Below, one piece after another: positions 1-10,415 of a DNA stretch of 64,000 bases. Position 1 is the stretch's first letter. The number at the start of each line of letters is the position of its first letter. The notes beneath the pieces are model-generated. The model searched no databases. It was not told the origin of the DNA and was given only the letters and a program-made list of their open reading frames with translations. The DNA lies in NCBI GenBank assembly GCA_018303125.1, contig JAGVYS010000003.1, positions 637 to 64,636 of the forward strand. Direction: 5' to 3'. This stretch comes from Candidatus Woesearchaeota archaeon. Lineage in GTDB: Archaea > Nanobdellota > Nanobdellia > Woesearchaeales > WJIZ01. The translations under genes and the position numbers were made by a program.

Positions 1-977
1 ACCGCTTCACACATGCTTGGGTTTATCTTGCCGGGCATTATGGATGAGCCTGGCTCAAGTGCAGGAAGAGTTATTTCATTCAATCCAGTCTTCGGCCCTG
101 ATGACATAAGCCTCAGGTCATTTGCAATCTTGTTTATATCCAGTGCAGCCAGCTTTAGTACTGATGACAATGCAGCTATATCTGTAAGGAATTGAGTGCT
201 TTCAATGCAGTCTTCTGCTGACATGAAGTCAAGTTTTGCATATTCGTTTATGTGCATTATAACCTTCATCCTGAACTCAGGATAGGTATTGAGGCCAGTT
301 CCGACAGCATTTCCGCCTATGCCAAGCTCCATCAGGAATTTTTTTGTATCTTCTACCCTCTCTATATGTTTTCCAATTGCAGTTGCGTATGCATTGAATT
401 CCTTGCCAAGTGTGATTGGCACAGCATCCTGAAGATGGGTCCTGGCAGATTTTAGTACATTCCTAAACTTTTCTCCCTTGCCTTTAAGCTCTTTTCTAAG
501 TAGGGAAAGTGAGACTATCAGCCTTTCAACAGCAAAACACGATGCTATCCTTATCGCAGAAGGTATGACATCATTGGTTGACTGCCCTTTGTTTACATCA
601 TCGTTCGGATGCAGCGATATTGCCATTATGCCAAAAGCCCTGTTAGCAATAACCTCATTCACATTCATGTTTGTTGATGTGCCTGAGCCGGACTGGAATA
701 TGTCAAGAGGAAACTCTGAGTCCAACTTCCCATCTATTATCTCTGTGCATGCCGCTATTATAGCTGACATTTTCTTATTGTCAATAAGCCCAAGCTCATT
801 ATTTGCTTTTGCACATGCAGCCTTTATTATGGCAATAGCCTTAATCAGCTCAGGATTCCATCTTAGATTGCTTATATGGAAATTGTTGAGTGAGCGCTGA
901 GTGTGCGCCCCATAGCAGGCATCAAAAGGAACATCCATCTCCCCCATCGTGTCTCTCTCTTTTCTTGTTTGCATCAT
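1..977 (-). CDS. fumC: Class II fumarate hydratase / aspartate ammonia-lyase family, truncated by window edge
   Basis: Not in ORF track; manual translation gives MMQTRKERDTMGEMDVP...QSGSGTSTNMNVNEVIAN...HPNDDVNKGQSTND...RTHLQDAVP...PGSSIMPGKINP (fumarate lyase signature). fumC versus aspA not fully resolvable. Confidence 0.8.
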   Translation of the reverse strand, partial: MMQTRKERDTMGEMDVPFDACYGAHTQRSLNNFHISNLRWNPELIKAIAIIKAACAKANNELGLIDNKKMSAIIAACTEIIDGKLDSEFPLDIFQSGSGTSTNMNVNEVIANRAFGIMAISLHPNDDVNKGQSTNDVIPSAIRIASCFAVERLIVSLSLLRKELKGKGEKFRNVLKSARTHLQDAVPITLGKEFNAYATAIGKHIERVEDTKKFLMELGIGGNAVGTGLNTYPEFRMKVIMHINEYAKLDFMSAEDCIESTQFLTDIAALSSVLKLAALDINKIANDLRLMSSGPKTGLNEITLPALEPGSSIMPGKINPSMCEA

Positions 978-1071
978 TAATGGTATTCTTCAAACGTATT
1001 TAATTTTTTTCCAATTTCATGGCACAAACAAAAAACTATATAAAGGGGAGCAGCGCTGCAATTATCCCGGT

Positions 1072-2148
1072 ATGTTAAGAAAAAAACCGGCGGTAGGAAG
1101 TCTAATTCTTAAGGATGGCACTGTCTTCAAAGGCACTCCATTTGGCTCGCAAAATAGCACAGCAGGGGAGGTTGTTTTCAATACTGGAATGGTCGGATAT
1201 CCTGAAAGCATGACCGACCCCAGCTACAATGGCCAGATTCTTGTTTTCACATATCCTTTGATAGGAAACTATGGCGTAAGGCAGAACCCTGATTCTATTG
1301 CTGATTCACTTGAGTCCAGCAGGATACAGGTCAAGGGGATTATAGTATCTGACTACTCAGCAAATTACAGCCATTGGAGCGCTATAAAATCACTTGATGA
1401 ATGGATGAAGGAAGAAGGCATACCGGGCATCTATGGCATTGACACAAGGCAGCTTACAAAGAGGCTCAGGGAAAAAGGGGTAATGCTTGGGAAAATAATC
1501 AACAGGCAAGATACGGGCTTCTATGACCCAAACAAGGAAATCCTGCAGGAATATGTGAGCGTGAAATCCCCTGTTACATATGGGAGCGGAAAGCCCCACA
1601 TAGTGCTTGTTGACTGCGGTGTTAAAAACAGCATAATAAGGAGTCTTCTTAGGAGGAAAGTCAGGCTTACGCAAGTGCCTTATGATTACGATTTTACAAG
1701 GATGAAGTATGACGGATTGTTTATCTCCAATGGCCCGGGAGACCCTAAGAGCGTGACGCAGGCAATTGAAAATGTAAGGATTGCTATGGATAGTGAAAAG
1801 CCTGTTTTCGGGATATGCATGGGCAACCAGATAATGGCCCTTGCAGCAGGTGGCGCAACATACAAGCTTAAGTTTGGCCACAGAAGCCAGAACCAGCCGT
1901 GCATTGAGCAGGGCACGAAGAGATGCTACATCACTTCCCAAAATCATGGTTATGCTGTAAATGATAAAAAATTGCCTTCAGGATGGAAGCCGTGGTTCAG
2001 GAATGCAAATGACGGCACAAATGAGGGAATAATCCATAAGACAGGCCTGTTCAGGGCAATACAATTCCATGCAGAGCACAATCCCGGGCCTCGAGATACA
2101 GAGTTCATGTTCGATAATTTCATAAGAATGGTAAGGGAAGGAAGATGA
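1072..2148 (+). CDS. carA: Carbamoyl-phosphate synthase small subunit
   Basis: GEVVFNTGMVGYPESMTDPSY, SNGPGDP, GICMG, SQNHG motifs; ATG at 1072 downstream of TATA-like CTATATAAAG. Confidence 0.95.
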   Translation: MLRKKPAVGSLILKDGTVFKGTPFGSQNSTAGEVVFNTGMVGYPESMTDPSYNGQILVFTYPLIGNYGVRQNPDSIADSLESSRIQVKGIIVSDYSANYSHWSAIKSLDEWMKEEGIPGIYGIDTRQLTKRLREKGVMLGKIINRQDTGFYDPNKEILQEYVSVKSPVTYGSGKPHIVLVDCGVKNSIIRSLLRRKVRLTQVPYDYDFTRMKYDGLFISNGPGDPKSVTQAIENVRIAMDSEKPVFGICMGNQIMALAAGGATYKLKFGHRSQNQPCIEQGTKRCYITSQNHGYAVNDKKLPSGWKPWFRNANDGTNEGIIHKTGLFRAIQFHAEHNPGPRDTEFMFDNFIRMVREGR

Positions 2149-2660
2149 CAGAAGAGATGTTGGATGTGGTGGACGAAGATGACAGAGTAATTAAGGTAAC
2201 ATCAAGGGATGATGCTCGTAGGAGAAATCTAAGGACAAGGGCAAGCCACATAATTATCATGGATAGGAAAGGCAATTTACTCATTCAAAAAAGGGCGGCC
2301 GGAAAGAAGATATACCCGAGCCTTTGGGACATAGGTGTAGGAGAAACAATCCAGACAGGGGAGAGCTATGAAAGTGCTGCAATAAGGGGAATGAGTGAAG
2401 AGCTCAACTTGACAATCAGCATGAAAAATATTAAGTTTCTATGCGATTACAAATTTGAGGATGAGATAACAAAGAGGATATGGAAGATATACTCTTGCAT
2501 ATTGCCAAGCCATGATGTAACAATGCAGGAAGATGAAATTTCAGAAATTAAATGGATATCTGCAATAGAAGCTGCAAATGCAGTGAAAACAAAAAATTTT
2601 GCGCCCTGGTGGTCGGGCATATTTGAAGAGGCGATGAAAAAAATTGGAGGCAAGGTTTGA
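2145..2660 (+). CDS. NUDIX hydrolase (IPP-isomerase-like subfamily)
   Basis: LDVVDEDD...LLIQKRA..K..YPSLWD..GE..ESYESAAIR...EEL Nudix-like box; overlaps carA and carB by 4 nt. Confidence 0.8.
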   Translation: MTEEMLDVVDEDDRVIKVTSRDDARRRNLRTRASHIIIMDRKGNLLIQKRAAGKKIYPSLWDIGVGETIQTGESYESAAIRGMSEELNLTISMKNIKFLCDYKFEDEITKRIWKIYSCILPSHDVTMQEDEISEIKWISAIEAANAVKTKNFAPWWSGIFEEAMKKIGGKV

Positions 2661-5600
2661 ATCCAAAAAAAGTTCTTGTGCTAGGCTCAGGAGCGCTTAA
2701 GATAGGTCAGGGAGGAGAATTCGATTACTCTGGTTCACAATGCCTTAGGGCATTGAGAGAAGAGGGAATAAAAAGCGTTCTTGTAAACCCCAACATAGCT
2801 ACTGTGCAGTCTTCAGAGGAAATGGCAGACGAGATTTATTTCCTGCCGCTCACTCCTTATTTTATAGAGAAGGTCATTGAAAAGGAAAAGCCTGATGGCA
2901 TATTCTTGAGTTTTGGCGGCCAGACTGCATTGAACTGTGGCGTGGAATTGCACAGCAAAGGCATACTGAAAAAGCATAATGTCAGGGTGCTTGGCACACA
3001 GGTAAGTGCAATAATCGCAACAGAGGATAGGGGCATTTTTGTAAAGAAGCTCAAGGAAATAAATGTTAAGACACCGAGGGGCATTGCTGTCACAAACATA
3101 AGTGGAGCAATTAAGGCAGCAGACAAGATTAAGTATCCTGTAATGCTGAGGGTTGCCTATGCTCTTGGCGGGCTAGGCTCTGGAGTTTGCAACAACAATA
3201 AAGAGCTTGCAGAAAAAGCATCTAAGGCATTCTCGAGTGTTAAGCAGATTCTCATAGAGGAATACCTTGAGGGATGGAAGGAGATTGAGTATGAAGTTGT
3301 CAGGGACGGAAATGACAATTGCATAACAGTCTGCAACATGGAAAACTTTGACCCTATGGGAATCCATACAGGGGAAAGCATAGTTGTGGCACCTTCCCAG
3401 ACACTAACAAATGCAGAGTATCACAAGCTTAGGGAGATTTCAATTAAGGTGATAAGGCATCTCGGCATAATAGGGGAGTGCAACATACAGTTTGCATTCA
3501 GCCCAAGCTCTGATGATTACAGGGTAATAGAGGTAAATGCAAGGCTCTCAAGGAGCTCAGCATTGGCATCAAAGGCAACAGGCTATCCCTTGGCCTTTGT
3601 CGCAGCAAAACTTGGCCTTGGTTATTCCCTTACAGAAATAGACAACAGCATAACAAAGGCAACAAAAGCATGTTTTGAGCCTGCGCTCGACTATATAGTT
3701 GTGAAGATGCCAAGGTGGGACCTGCAGAAATTCAGGAGAGTGGAAAGAGAGATAGGCACTGAGATGAAATCTGTAGGAGAGGTAATGGCCATAGGTAGGA
3801 ACTTCGAGGAAGCAGTCCAAAAGGCAATAAGGATGCTAGGCACAGGCCTGAACGGGATTATAGGAGACAATATATCGTCAAAGGATATTGAAAAAGAGCT
3901 GCGAAAGCCAACTGACGAAAGGGTATTTGCAATTGCAAGTGCCATAGACAAAGGCATTTCAATAGAAAAGATACATTCCTTTTCAAAGATAGACAAATGG
4001 TTCCTTCACAGGATAGGTAATATAGTATCTGTTTACAGGAAGCTAAGGAAGGCAAGCATAAGGAGATTAAGCAAGGAACTTCTTTCAGAATGCAAGCGCA
4101 ATGGCTTCTCGGATGCCCAGATAGCAGCAATAATCTCATCTGATGAGCATGAGGTAAGGAAATTAAGGGAGAAATATTCCATATTCCCTTCTGTAAAGCA
4201 GATAGACACTCTTGCAGCTGAGTATCCTGCAAGGACAAATTACCTATACTTAACTTATAATGGAACCGAGGACGACATATCATTTGCTGACAAAAAGAAA
4301 GTAATGGTGCTAGGCTCAGGTGCGTACAGAATAGGCAGCTCAGTTGAGTTCGACTGGTGCTGCGTCAACAGCGCAATTGCATTAAGGAAACTTGGTTTCA
4401 GGACAATAATGCTGAACTATAATCCAGAGACAGTATCAACTGATTATGACATGTGCGACAAGCTTTATTTTGATGATATCAGCTTTGAAACAGTTATTGA
4501 TATATACAGGAAGGAAAAGCCGGATGGAGTCATAGTTTCAATGGGCGGCCAGATACCCAATAACCTGGCCTTGAAGCTGCACAGGAGCGGAATAAAAATA
4601 CTTGGCACTTCCCCTGTTTCTATTGACAAGGCAGAGGACAGGCATAAATTCTCAAAGCTTCTTGACTCTCTTGAAATCGACCAGCCTGAATGGAAGGAGC
4701 TTACAACAGTCAGGAATGCAAAAAAATTCGCGGAAAAAGTGAAATATCCTGTCCTTATAAGGCCAAGCTATGTGCTAAGCGGCGCAGCAATGTCTGTTGC
4801 TTTAAATGAGAAAAGCCTGGAAGAATATCTTGATAAGGCATCTTCAGTCAGCAAGGAGCATCCTGTTGTCGTCAGCAGCTTCATAACAGGCGCCAAGGAG
4901 ATAGAGATAGATGCAGTAGCCAATAAAGGCAATCTTGTATGCTGGGCCATATCTGAGCATATAGAAAATGCCGGAGTGCACAGTGGCGATGCAACAATAA
5001 TGCTTCCGCCGCAGAGGCTTTATTTCGAGACAACGAGGAGGGTAAAGAAGATTGCGGGCCAGCTTGCCAAGGCACTTGAAATAACTGGCCCATTCAATAT
5101 TCAGTTCCTTGCCAAGGATAATCATGTCAAAATAATCGAGCTTAATCTGAGGGCATCAAGGAGCTTCCCTTTTGTCTCAAAGGTTTTTGGTACGAATTTC
5201 ATTGATGTCGCAACAAAGGTTATAATGGGGCAGGACATAAAGAAGATAGGCATAAGCGTCTCTGACCTTGAGTATGTCGGAGTCAAAGCACCTCAGTTTT
5301 CATTCTCAAGATTGAAAGGCTCTGACCCGACATTGTCGGTTGAGATGGCATCAACTGGAGAGGTAGCATGCTTCGGCGATGATTTGGAAGAGGCATTCCT
5401 AAAGGCATTCTTATCTGTCGGCTATGTAATACCGAAAAAAACAGTGTTCCTGTCAACAGGCCCTGCAGAGAGCAAGGCTGAGCTGCTCGAAAGCTGCAGG
5501 CTGCTCAGGAAGATGAATTTCTCGCTTTTTGCAACTAAGGGAACGCATGATTATCTACGGCAGATGGGTGTCCCAAGCACAGTCCTTTACTGGCCTCTCG

Positions 5601-5851
5601 ACGGTAAAAAGCCAAATGCAGTAGATTATATAAAGGGCGGAAAGGTAGATATGGTCATCAACATACCTAAGTCATACCAAAGACAGGAGCTTTCAAACGG
5701 GTATATAATAAGGAGGGCAGCCGTGGATTATAATGTCCCGCTTATAACCAATACCCAGGTGGCAAAGCTGTTTGTATCTGCTATAAGCATGTATAGGCAG
5801 GATGGCCTTAAGATAAAATCGTGGAAGGAATACAAGGAGGTGCCAGGCTGA
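2657..5851 (+). CDS. carB: Carbamoyl-phosphate synthase large subunit
   Basis: LGSGALKIGQGGEFDYSG, duplicated ATP-grasp halves, C-terminal MGS domain; TTG start with GGAGG upstream. Confidence 0.97.
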   Translation: MNPKKVLVLGSGALKIGQGGEFDYSGSQCLRALREEGIKSVLVNPNIATVQSSEEMADEIYFLPLTPYFIEKVIEKEKPDGIFLSFGGQTALNCGVELHSKGILKKHNVRVLGTQVSAIIATEDRGIFVKKLKEINVKTPRGIAVTNISGAIKAADKIKYPVMLRVAYALGGLGSGVCNNNKELAEKASKAFSSVKQILIEEYLEGWKEIEYEVVRDGNDNCITVCNMENFDPMGIHTGESIVVAPSQTLTNAEYHKLREISIKVIRHLGIIGECNIQFAFSPSSDDYRVIEVNARLSRSSALASKATGYPLAFVAAKLGLGYSLTEIDNSITKATKACFEPALDYIVVKMPRWDLQKFRRVEREIGTEMKSVGEVMAIGRNFEEAVQKAIRMLGTGLNGIIGDNISSKDIEKELRKPTDERVFAIASAIDKGISIEKIHSFSKIDKWFLHRIGNIVSVYRKLRKASIRRLSKELLSECKRNGFSDAQIAAIISSDEHEVRKLREKYSIFPSVKQIDTLAAEYPARTNYLYLTYNGTEDDISFADKKKVMVLGSGAYRIGSSVEFDWCCVNSAIALRKLGFRTIMLNYNPETVSTDYDMCDKLYFDDISFETVIDIYRKEKPDGVIVSMGGQIPNNLALKLHRSGIKILGTSPVSIDKAEDRHKFSKLLDSLEIDQPEWKELTTVRNAKKFAEKVKYPVLIRPSYVLSGAAMSVALNEKSLEEYLDKASSVSKEHPVVVSSFITGAKEIEIDAVANKGNLVCWAISEHIENAGVHSGDATIMLPPQRLYFETTRRVKKIAGQLAKALEITGPFNIQFLAKDNHVKIIELNLRASRSFPFVSKVFGTNFIDVATKVIMGQDIKKIGISVSDLEYVGVKAPQFSFSRLKGSDPTLSVEMASTGEVACFGDDLEEAFLKAFLSVGYVIPKKTVFLSTGPAESKAELLESCRLLRKMNFSLFATKGTHDYLRQMGVPSTVLYWPLDGKKPNAVDYIKGGKVDMVINIPKSYQRQELSNGYIIRRAAVDYNVPLITNTQVAKLFVSAISMYRQDGLKIKSWKEYKEVPG

Positions 5852-5874
5852 TTCCCTATGGGCAGCCTATTTTT

Positions 5875-7590
5875 ATGACAAAATACATCATTGTTGCGGG
5901 CGGCGTAATTTCTGGAGTGGGGAAAGGAGTTACAACAGCATCTATAGGCAAGATAATCAAGGAATACGGCTACAGCGTTACAGCCATAAAGATTGACCCT
6001 TACCTAAACTATGATGCAGGCACTCTCAGGCCAACAGAGCATGGCGAAGTATGGGTTACGGATGATGGTGGTGAGATTGACCAGGACCTTGGAAATTATG
6101 AAAGGTTTCTTGACATGGAAATACCTAAAATAAACAACATTACTTCCGGCCAGATTTACAAGACAGTCATAGACAGGGAAAGGAAAGGCGAATACTTAGG
6201 AGAAACAGTCCAGTTCATTCCCCATATACCGGACGAGATTAGGAGGAGAATAAAGGAGTCATCAAAGGGATATGAATTCGCAATAATAGAGATAGGCGGC
6301 ACAATTGGTGATTTTGAGAATCTTCCATTTCTCTTCGCCATGAAGGGGATGGAGCGCGAGATAGGCAAGGAAAATATCATCTATATACTTGTTTCTTACA
6401 TGCCTGTTCCAGAGCATATGGGCGAGATGAAGACAAAGCCGACCCAGCAGGCAATAAAGCTGCTTTCCGAATCAGGCATTTTCCCTGATTTCATAATATG
6501 CAGGTCGCTATCACCTCTTGATGATATAAGGAAGAAAAAAATAGAGACTTATGCCAACATACCAAGCGATTATGTAATCTCAGAGCCTGACATAGATACG
6601 ATTTACAGGATACCTCTTGACCTTGAGAAGGAAAGCCTCGGGTACAAGATTCTCTCTGAGCTCAGGATGAAGCTGAGGAAAAGGCCGACATTCAGGTCAT
6701 GGAAGGAGCTTGTAAAGAAGATAATAAGCCCATCAAAGAAAATCAGGATTGCCCTTGTTGGAAAATATCTTGACATAGGCAATTTCAGCCTAAAGGATTC
6801 TTACATTTCAGTAAATGAGTCGCTGCTCCATGCCGGCGCATCCCTTGATGTTGGCGTGGAAATAGAGTGGATAGACTCAAAGAAGCTTGAGAAGGAGAAT
6901 GCGGAAAAGATGCTTGAGGGATTTGACGGCATACTTATACCTGGGGGATTCGGCAATTCAGGAGTGGAAGGGAAGATAAGCGCGATAAAGTATGCAAGAG
7001 AAAACGGCATTCCATTCCTTGGCCTTTGCTATGGCCTTCAGCTTGCCATAGTTGAATATGCAAGGAATGTCTGCACGCTTAAGGATGCGCATACAACAGA
7101 AGTTGACAAGGACACAAAAAATCCTGTTATCTGTATCTTAAACTCACAGAAAAACATAATGGAGAACCATGATTATGGCGGCACGATGCGCCTTGGTGCA
7201 TATGCGGCAACCCTGAAGAAGGATACTAAAGTACTTTCATTATACAGGGAGACAGGAAGGCTGAAGGAAGACAGGGAAAAGCTCGGAAATTACAAGAAAT
7301 CAGAGCAGTTCAGGCTTGGAAAGATGGAGGATGACTCAAATGTTGTCCTTGAAAGGCACAGGCATAGGTATGAGGTGAATCCTGAATATGTAAGCAGGCT
7401 TGAGGAAAAGGGGATGGTTTTTTCTGGTTGCCATATTATGGAAGACGGCACAAGCCTTATGGAATACATTGAGTTGCCTCAGCATAATTTCTTTGTCGCA
7501 ACTCAAAGCCATCCTGAGTTCAAGAGTAGGCTAGGCAATCCCTCTCCATTGTTTTACGGCTTCATAAAGGCATGCTCTGAGAAGAAGTGA
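5875..7590 (+). CDS. pyrG: CTP synthase
   Basis: MTKYIIVAGGVISGVGKG, KTKPTQ, GLCYG, ERHRHRYEVN, HPEF. Confidence 0.97.
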   Translation: MTKYIIVAGGVISGVGKGVTTASIGKIIKEYGYSVTAIKIDPYLNYDAGTLRPTEHGEVWVTDDGGEIDQDLGNYERFLDMEIPKINNITSGQIYKTVIDRERKGEYLGETVQFIPHIPDEIRRRIKESSKGYEFAIIEIGGTIGDFENLPFLFAMKGMEREIGKENIIYILVSYMPVPEHMGEMKTKPTQQAIKLLSESGIFPDFIICRSLSPLDDIRKKKIETYANIPSDYVISEPDIDTIYRIPLDLEKESLGYKILSELRMKLRKRPTFRSWKELVKKIISPSKKIRIALVGKYLDIGNFSLKDSYISVNESLLHAGASLDVGVEIEWIDSKKLEKENAEKMLEGFDGILIPGGFGNSGVEGKISAIKYARENGIPFLGLCYGLQLAIVEYARNVCTLKDAHTTEVDKDTKNPVICILNSQKNIMENHDYGGTMRLGAYAATLKKDTKVLSLYRETGRLKEDREKLGNYKKSEQFRLGKMEDDSNVVLERHRHRYEVNPEYVSRLEEKGMVFSGCHIMEDGTSLMEYIELPQHNFFVATQSHPEFKSRLGNPSPLFYGFIKACSEKK

Positions 7591-7672
7591 CGGAATCCCA
7601 GAACTAATGCTTTTCAGGCAATGCCCAATTTAGCGCAAACTATTTAAATTTGTTACAATGGCTGCAATATAG

Positions 7673-8454
7673 ATGAAAAAAGTGCTTGTTGTTTTCGGCT
7701 CTATTTCTGATGAGGCTGTTTTTTTGATGAAATAATTTCAGGCCTTAAAGAAGAAAAAGTGCCTTATGATGCAAGGATATGCTCTGCCCATCGTACACCA
7801 GATGAGCTTGATGCATTGCTTCGCGGGAATTATTCAGTCATAATAGCAGGCGCAGGGCTTGCAGCCCACCTGCCAGGAGTATGCGCCTCAAAATCAATCC
7901 TGCCTGTAATTGGGGTTCCTGTAAGCAACAATTACCAGGGCCTTGATTCACTGCTTTCAATAATGCAGATGCCTCCCGGCATTCCTGTCCTCAGCGTTGG
8001 AGTTGACAAAGGCAGGGAAGCAGCAAAGATGGCAGCATTGATGCATATGCAGTACAAGAATGTCCATCTTTTCCTAAATGAAAAAGACAAGGCTGCAAAA
8101 AAAGCCATTGACATTCTTAAAGAGTTCAATGTCCCTTATGAGATAAATCCGGAATTCAGGGCAAATAGCCTCAACATAAGCTTTGTAACGCTCAATGAAA
8201 GCGCAAAAGATGACTCTCTTTCAATTTATGTCCCTATTAATGATGGCTCAGGCATGGCGGAAGCGTCTCTTAACTTGCTTAGGATGACCTCAAATGGCTT
8301 GTGGGTCGGCCTTAACAGGGGGGAGAATGCGGCGCTTGCTGCTGTGGAGATACTTGCCATAACTGATATGTCGCTCAGGCAAAAGATTATTGCATACAGG
8401 AAAAAGCATGCTGAAAAAGTAAAGGATGACAACATGAAGGTGAAATCAAAATGA
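7673..8454 (+). pseudogene. purE: AIR carboxylase / N5-CAIR mutase PurE with C-terminal extension, frameshifted at a T7 run as sequenced
   Basis: MKKVLVVFGSISD starts at 7673 and stops at 7735; the -1 frame continues [25 protein letters not shown]...[11 protein letters not shown]...[17 protein letters not shown]. May be a sequencing error or slippage rather than a true pseudogene. Confidence 0.8.
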
Positions 8455-9392
8455 TTCTGGACAATAAGATAAGAGACCAAATGGAGTATACACTGAAGGA
8501 AACACGTTTCAATCTTGGCAAGAAATACCAGGGCAAGGTAAGGGATACTTACATGACCGATGATAAGATCTACATAATAACAACTGACAGGATCAGCGCA
8601 TTTGACCGTGTCCTCACAACAGTCCCTTTCAAGGGCCAGGTTTTGAATCAGATATCTGATTTCTGGTTCAGCATGACAAAGGACATAGTGAAGAACCACG
8701 TCATTTCTGTGCCTGACCCGAATGTAATGGTCACCAGGAAGCTGAATATACTCCCTATAGAGGTTGTAATAAGAGGATACTTGACAGGCTCTGCATGGCG
8801 AGATTACCAGAAAGGGAATGCTGTTTCAGGAATAAAGCTGCCTCCGGGCATGAGGAAGGACCAGAAGTTCGATAAGCCGTTATTCACTCCATCAACCAAG
8901 GCTAAGGAAGGGCATGACATGCCTCTCTCAGTGCATGATATTGTTGCGCAGGGAATGTTATCTAAAGAGCTTATCCAGAAGGTTGAGGAAATGGCACTAA
9001 AGGTTTTCAAGAGGGGCCAGGAAGTTGCGCTTAGCAATGGAATGATATTGGTTGATACAAAATACGAATTTGGCCTTGATGAAAACAATGAGATTTACCT
9101 TGCCGATGAACTGCATACTCCAGATTCCTCAAGATACTGGTATGCTGATACTTATGAGGAAAGGTTCAGGAATGGGCAGGAGCAAAGGATGCTTGACAAG
9201 GAATATCTTAGGCAGTGGCTGATAAAAGAGAGGAGCTTCATGGGCGACGGCCATATACCTGAGATACCAGCAGAAGTAATAATAGAAGTGGCAAAGAAAT
9301 ACATAAAGGCCTATGAGGAGATTACAGGCAAGAAGTTTGATGCTAAAGTCGGGGATGTCCTTGAAAGGGTTAAAAAGTGCCTCGGTGCATAG
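8451..9392 (+). CDS. purC: SAICAR synthase
   Basis: [48 protein letters not shown]. Confidence 0.96.
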   Translation: MILDNKIRDQMEYTLKETRFNLGKKYQGKVRDTYMTDDKIYIITTDRISAFDRVLTTVPFKGQVLNQISDFWFSMTKDIVKNHVISVPDPNVMVTRKLNILPIEVVIRGYLTGSAWRDYQKGNAVSGIKLPPGMRKDQKFDKPLFTPSTKAKEGHDMPLSVHDIVAQGMLSKELIQKVEEMALKVFKRGQEVALSNGMILVDTKYEFGLDENNEIYLADELHTPDSSRYWYADTYEERFRNGQEQRMLDKEYLRQWLIKERSFMGDGHIPEIPAEVIIEVAKKYIKAYEEITGKKFDAKVGDVLERVKKCLGA

Positions 9393-9437
9393 TTTAGTTG
9401 CAAAATATTTATAAATTTCTTTAATGACGGGTTAGCC

Positions 9438-9914
9438 ATGGGTTATGCGGCTCAGTTGATGTGTTCTTATCGTCACCTTACAGCTTCTGGAATGCATTTT
9501 GTTGTTATGAGGAACGGAGATTATGTTTTAACAGCAGAGGGAGCACCTGCAGTTGTGGATGATTTAGAATCTGCAATAAAACTACGGGAAGAACAGGATA
9601 TTCCTGCTAATATTTTTTCAGTCACTGCATCCCCAATAGGCAATACAGGAAAAATCATAAATAATGGAGAGGACATAACACGATTCCTAATCTCTTCTGG
9701 AGGTGCGGAGCCTTTTTGTAATTTGCCCGGCATTATACCAATATCGAAAGACGAGCCTGTTTATGTTGGCCGTAATGGGACAGGCTATTCAGGATTCTAT
9801 GCCGTGGATAGTGTAAAAATAGATAACGGCGCCCGTGATGTGAAAATACAGGAAGTCAGGCTAAAAAAATTGGATGAAAATCCGCCAGCAGGGAAATACC
9901 TTTTTCTTGCCTGA
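9438..9914 (+). CDS. Hypothetical protein
   Basis: 158-aa ORF filling the gap, TATA-like TTTATAAA upstream; no recognised motif. Confidence 0.6.
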   Translation: MGYAAQLMCSYRHLTASGMHFVVMRNGDYVLTAEGAPAVVDDLESAIKLREEQDIPANIFSVTASPIGNTGKIINNGEDITRFLISSGGAEPFCNLPGIIPISKDEPVYVGRNGTGYSGFYAVDSVKIDNGARDVKIQEVRLKKLDENPPAGKYLFLA

Positions 9915-9923
9915 GCACATCTT

Positions 9924-10343
9924 TCATCCTTCGCAGGCATATTTTTGGTATTTTGCTATCATATTTTCTGCAGCGAAAATCAGCTGCTGCATTGCATAAG
10001 ATTCAAGCGCCTTTACCATATATTCCGCTTTGCCTGTTATAAGCGCAGTCCTGCTGTCCCGCTTAGCGTTAAGCGCATCTGCCCATACCTTGATTCCCTC
10101 CTCTAGGGAAAAGTTTCCTTTAAGAAATTTTGACATGTGGCATTGTGTTCTTTCTGCAGAAACTACAGCACCTGTGTTGTCATGGCAAATAACAGTTGGC
10201 CCATAGACGCTTATGTCCCCTGCCATTACACGATGGCTGCTGCCATGTTCAAAAAGGAAAATGTAATCCAGGGAAAAATCGCGGAATGGAAAAAATGGTT
10301 TCGAATTTGCCCTTATTACCCTCCAGTCTCTATTTTCACGCAT
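9924..10343 (-). CDS. Hypothetical protein
   Basis: 139-aa ORF convergent with previous gene, divergent from suhB. Confidence 0.55.
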   Translation of the reverse strand: MRENRDWRVIRANSKPFFPFRDFSLDYIFLFEHGSSHRVMAGDISVYGPTVICHDNTGAVVSAERTQCHMSKFLKGNFSLEEGIKVWADALNAKRDSRTALITGKAEYMVKALESYAMQQLIFAAENMIAKYQKYACEG

Positions 10344-10415
10344 ACTGAAAAGAATGTTATATTATTTATAAACCAATTCCAAAAGATTTACAAAGAGCGG
10401 CAATAGGAAAAAGTT

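Noticed and set aside
13..900. Plus-strand ORFs at 13-900 and the many other antisense ORFs over carB, rpo, pro and island genes
   Set aside because: Shadow ORFs opposite well-supported genes.
949..1071. N-terminal extensions given by the ORF track (carA here; also pyrG, lsm and others)
   Set aside because: They overlap neighbouring genes or promoters; downstream ATGs match family starts.
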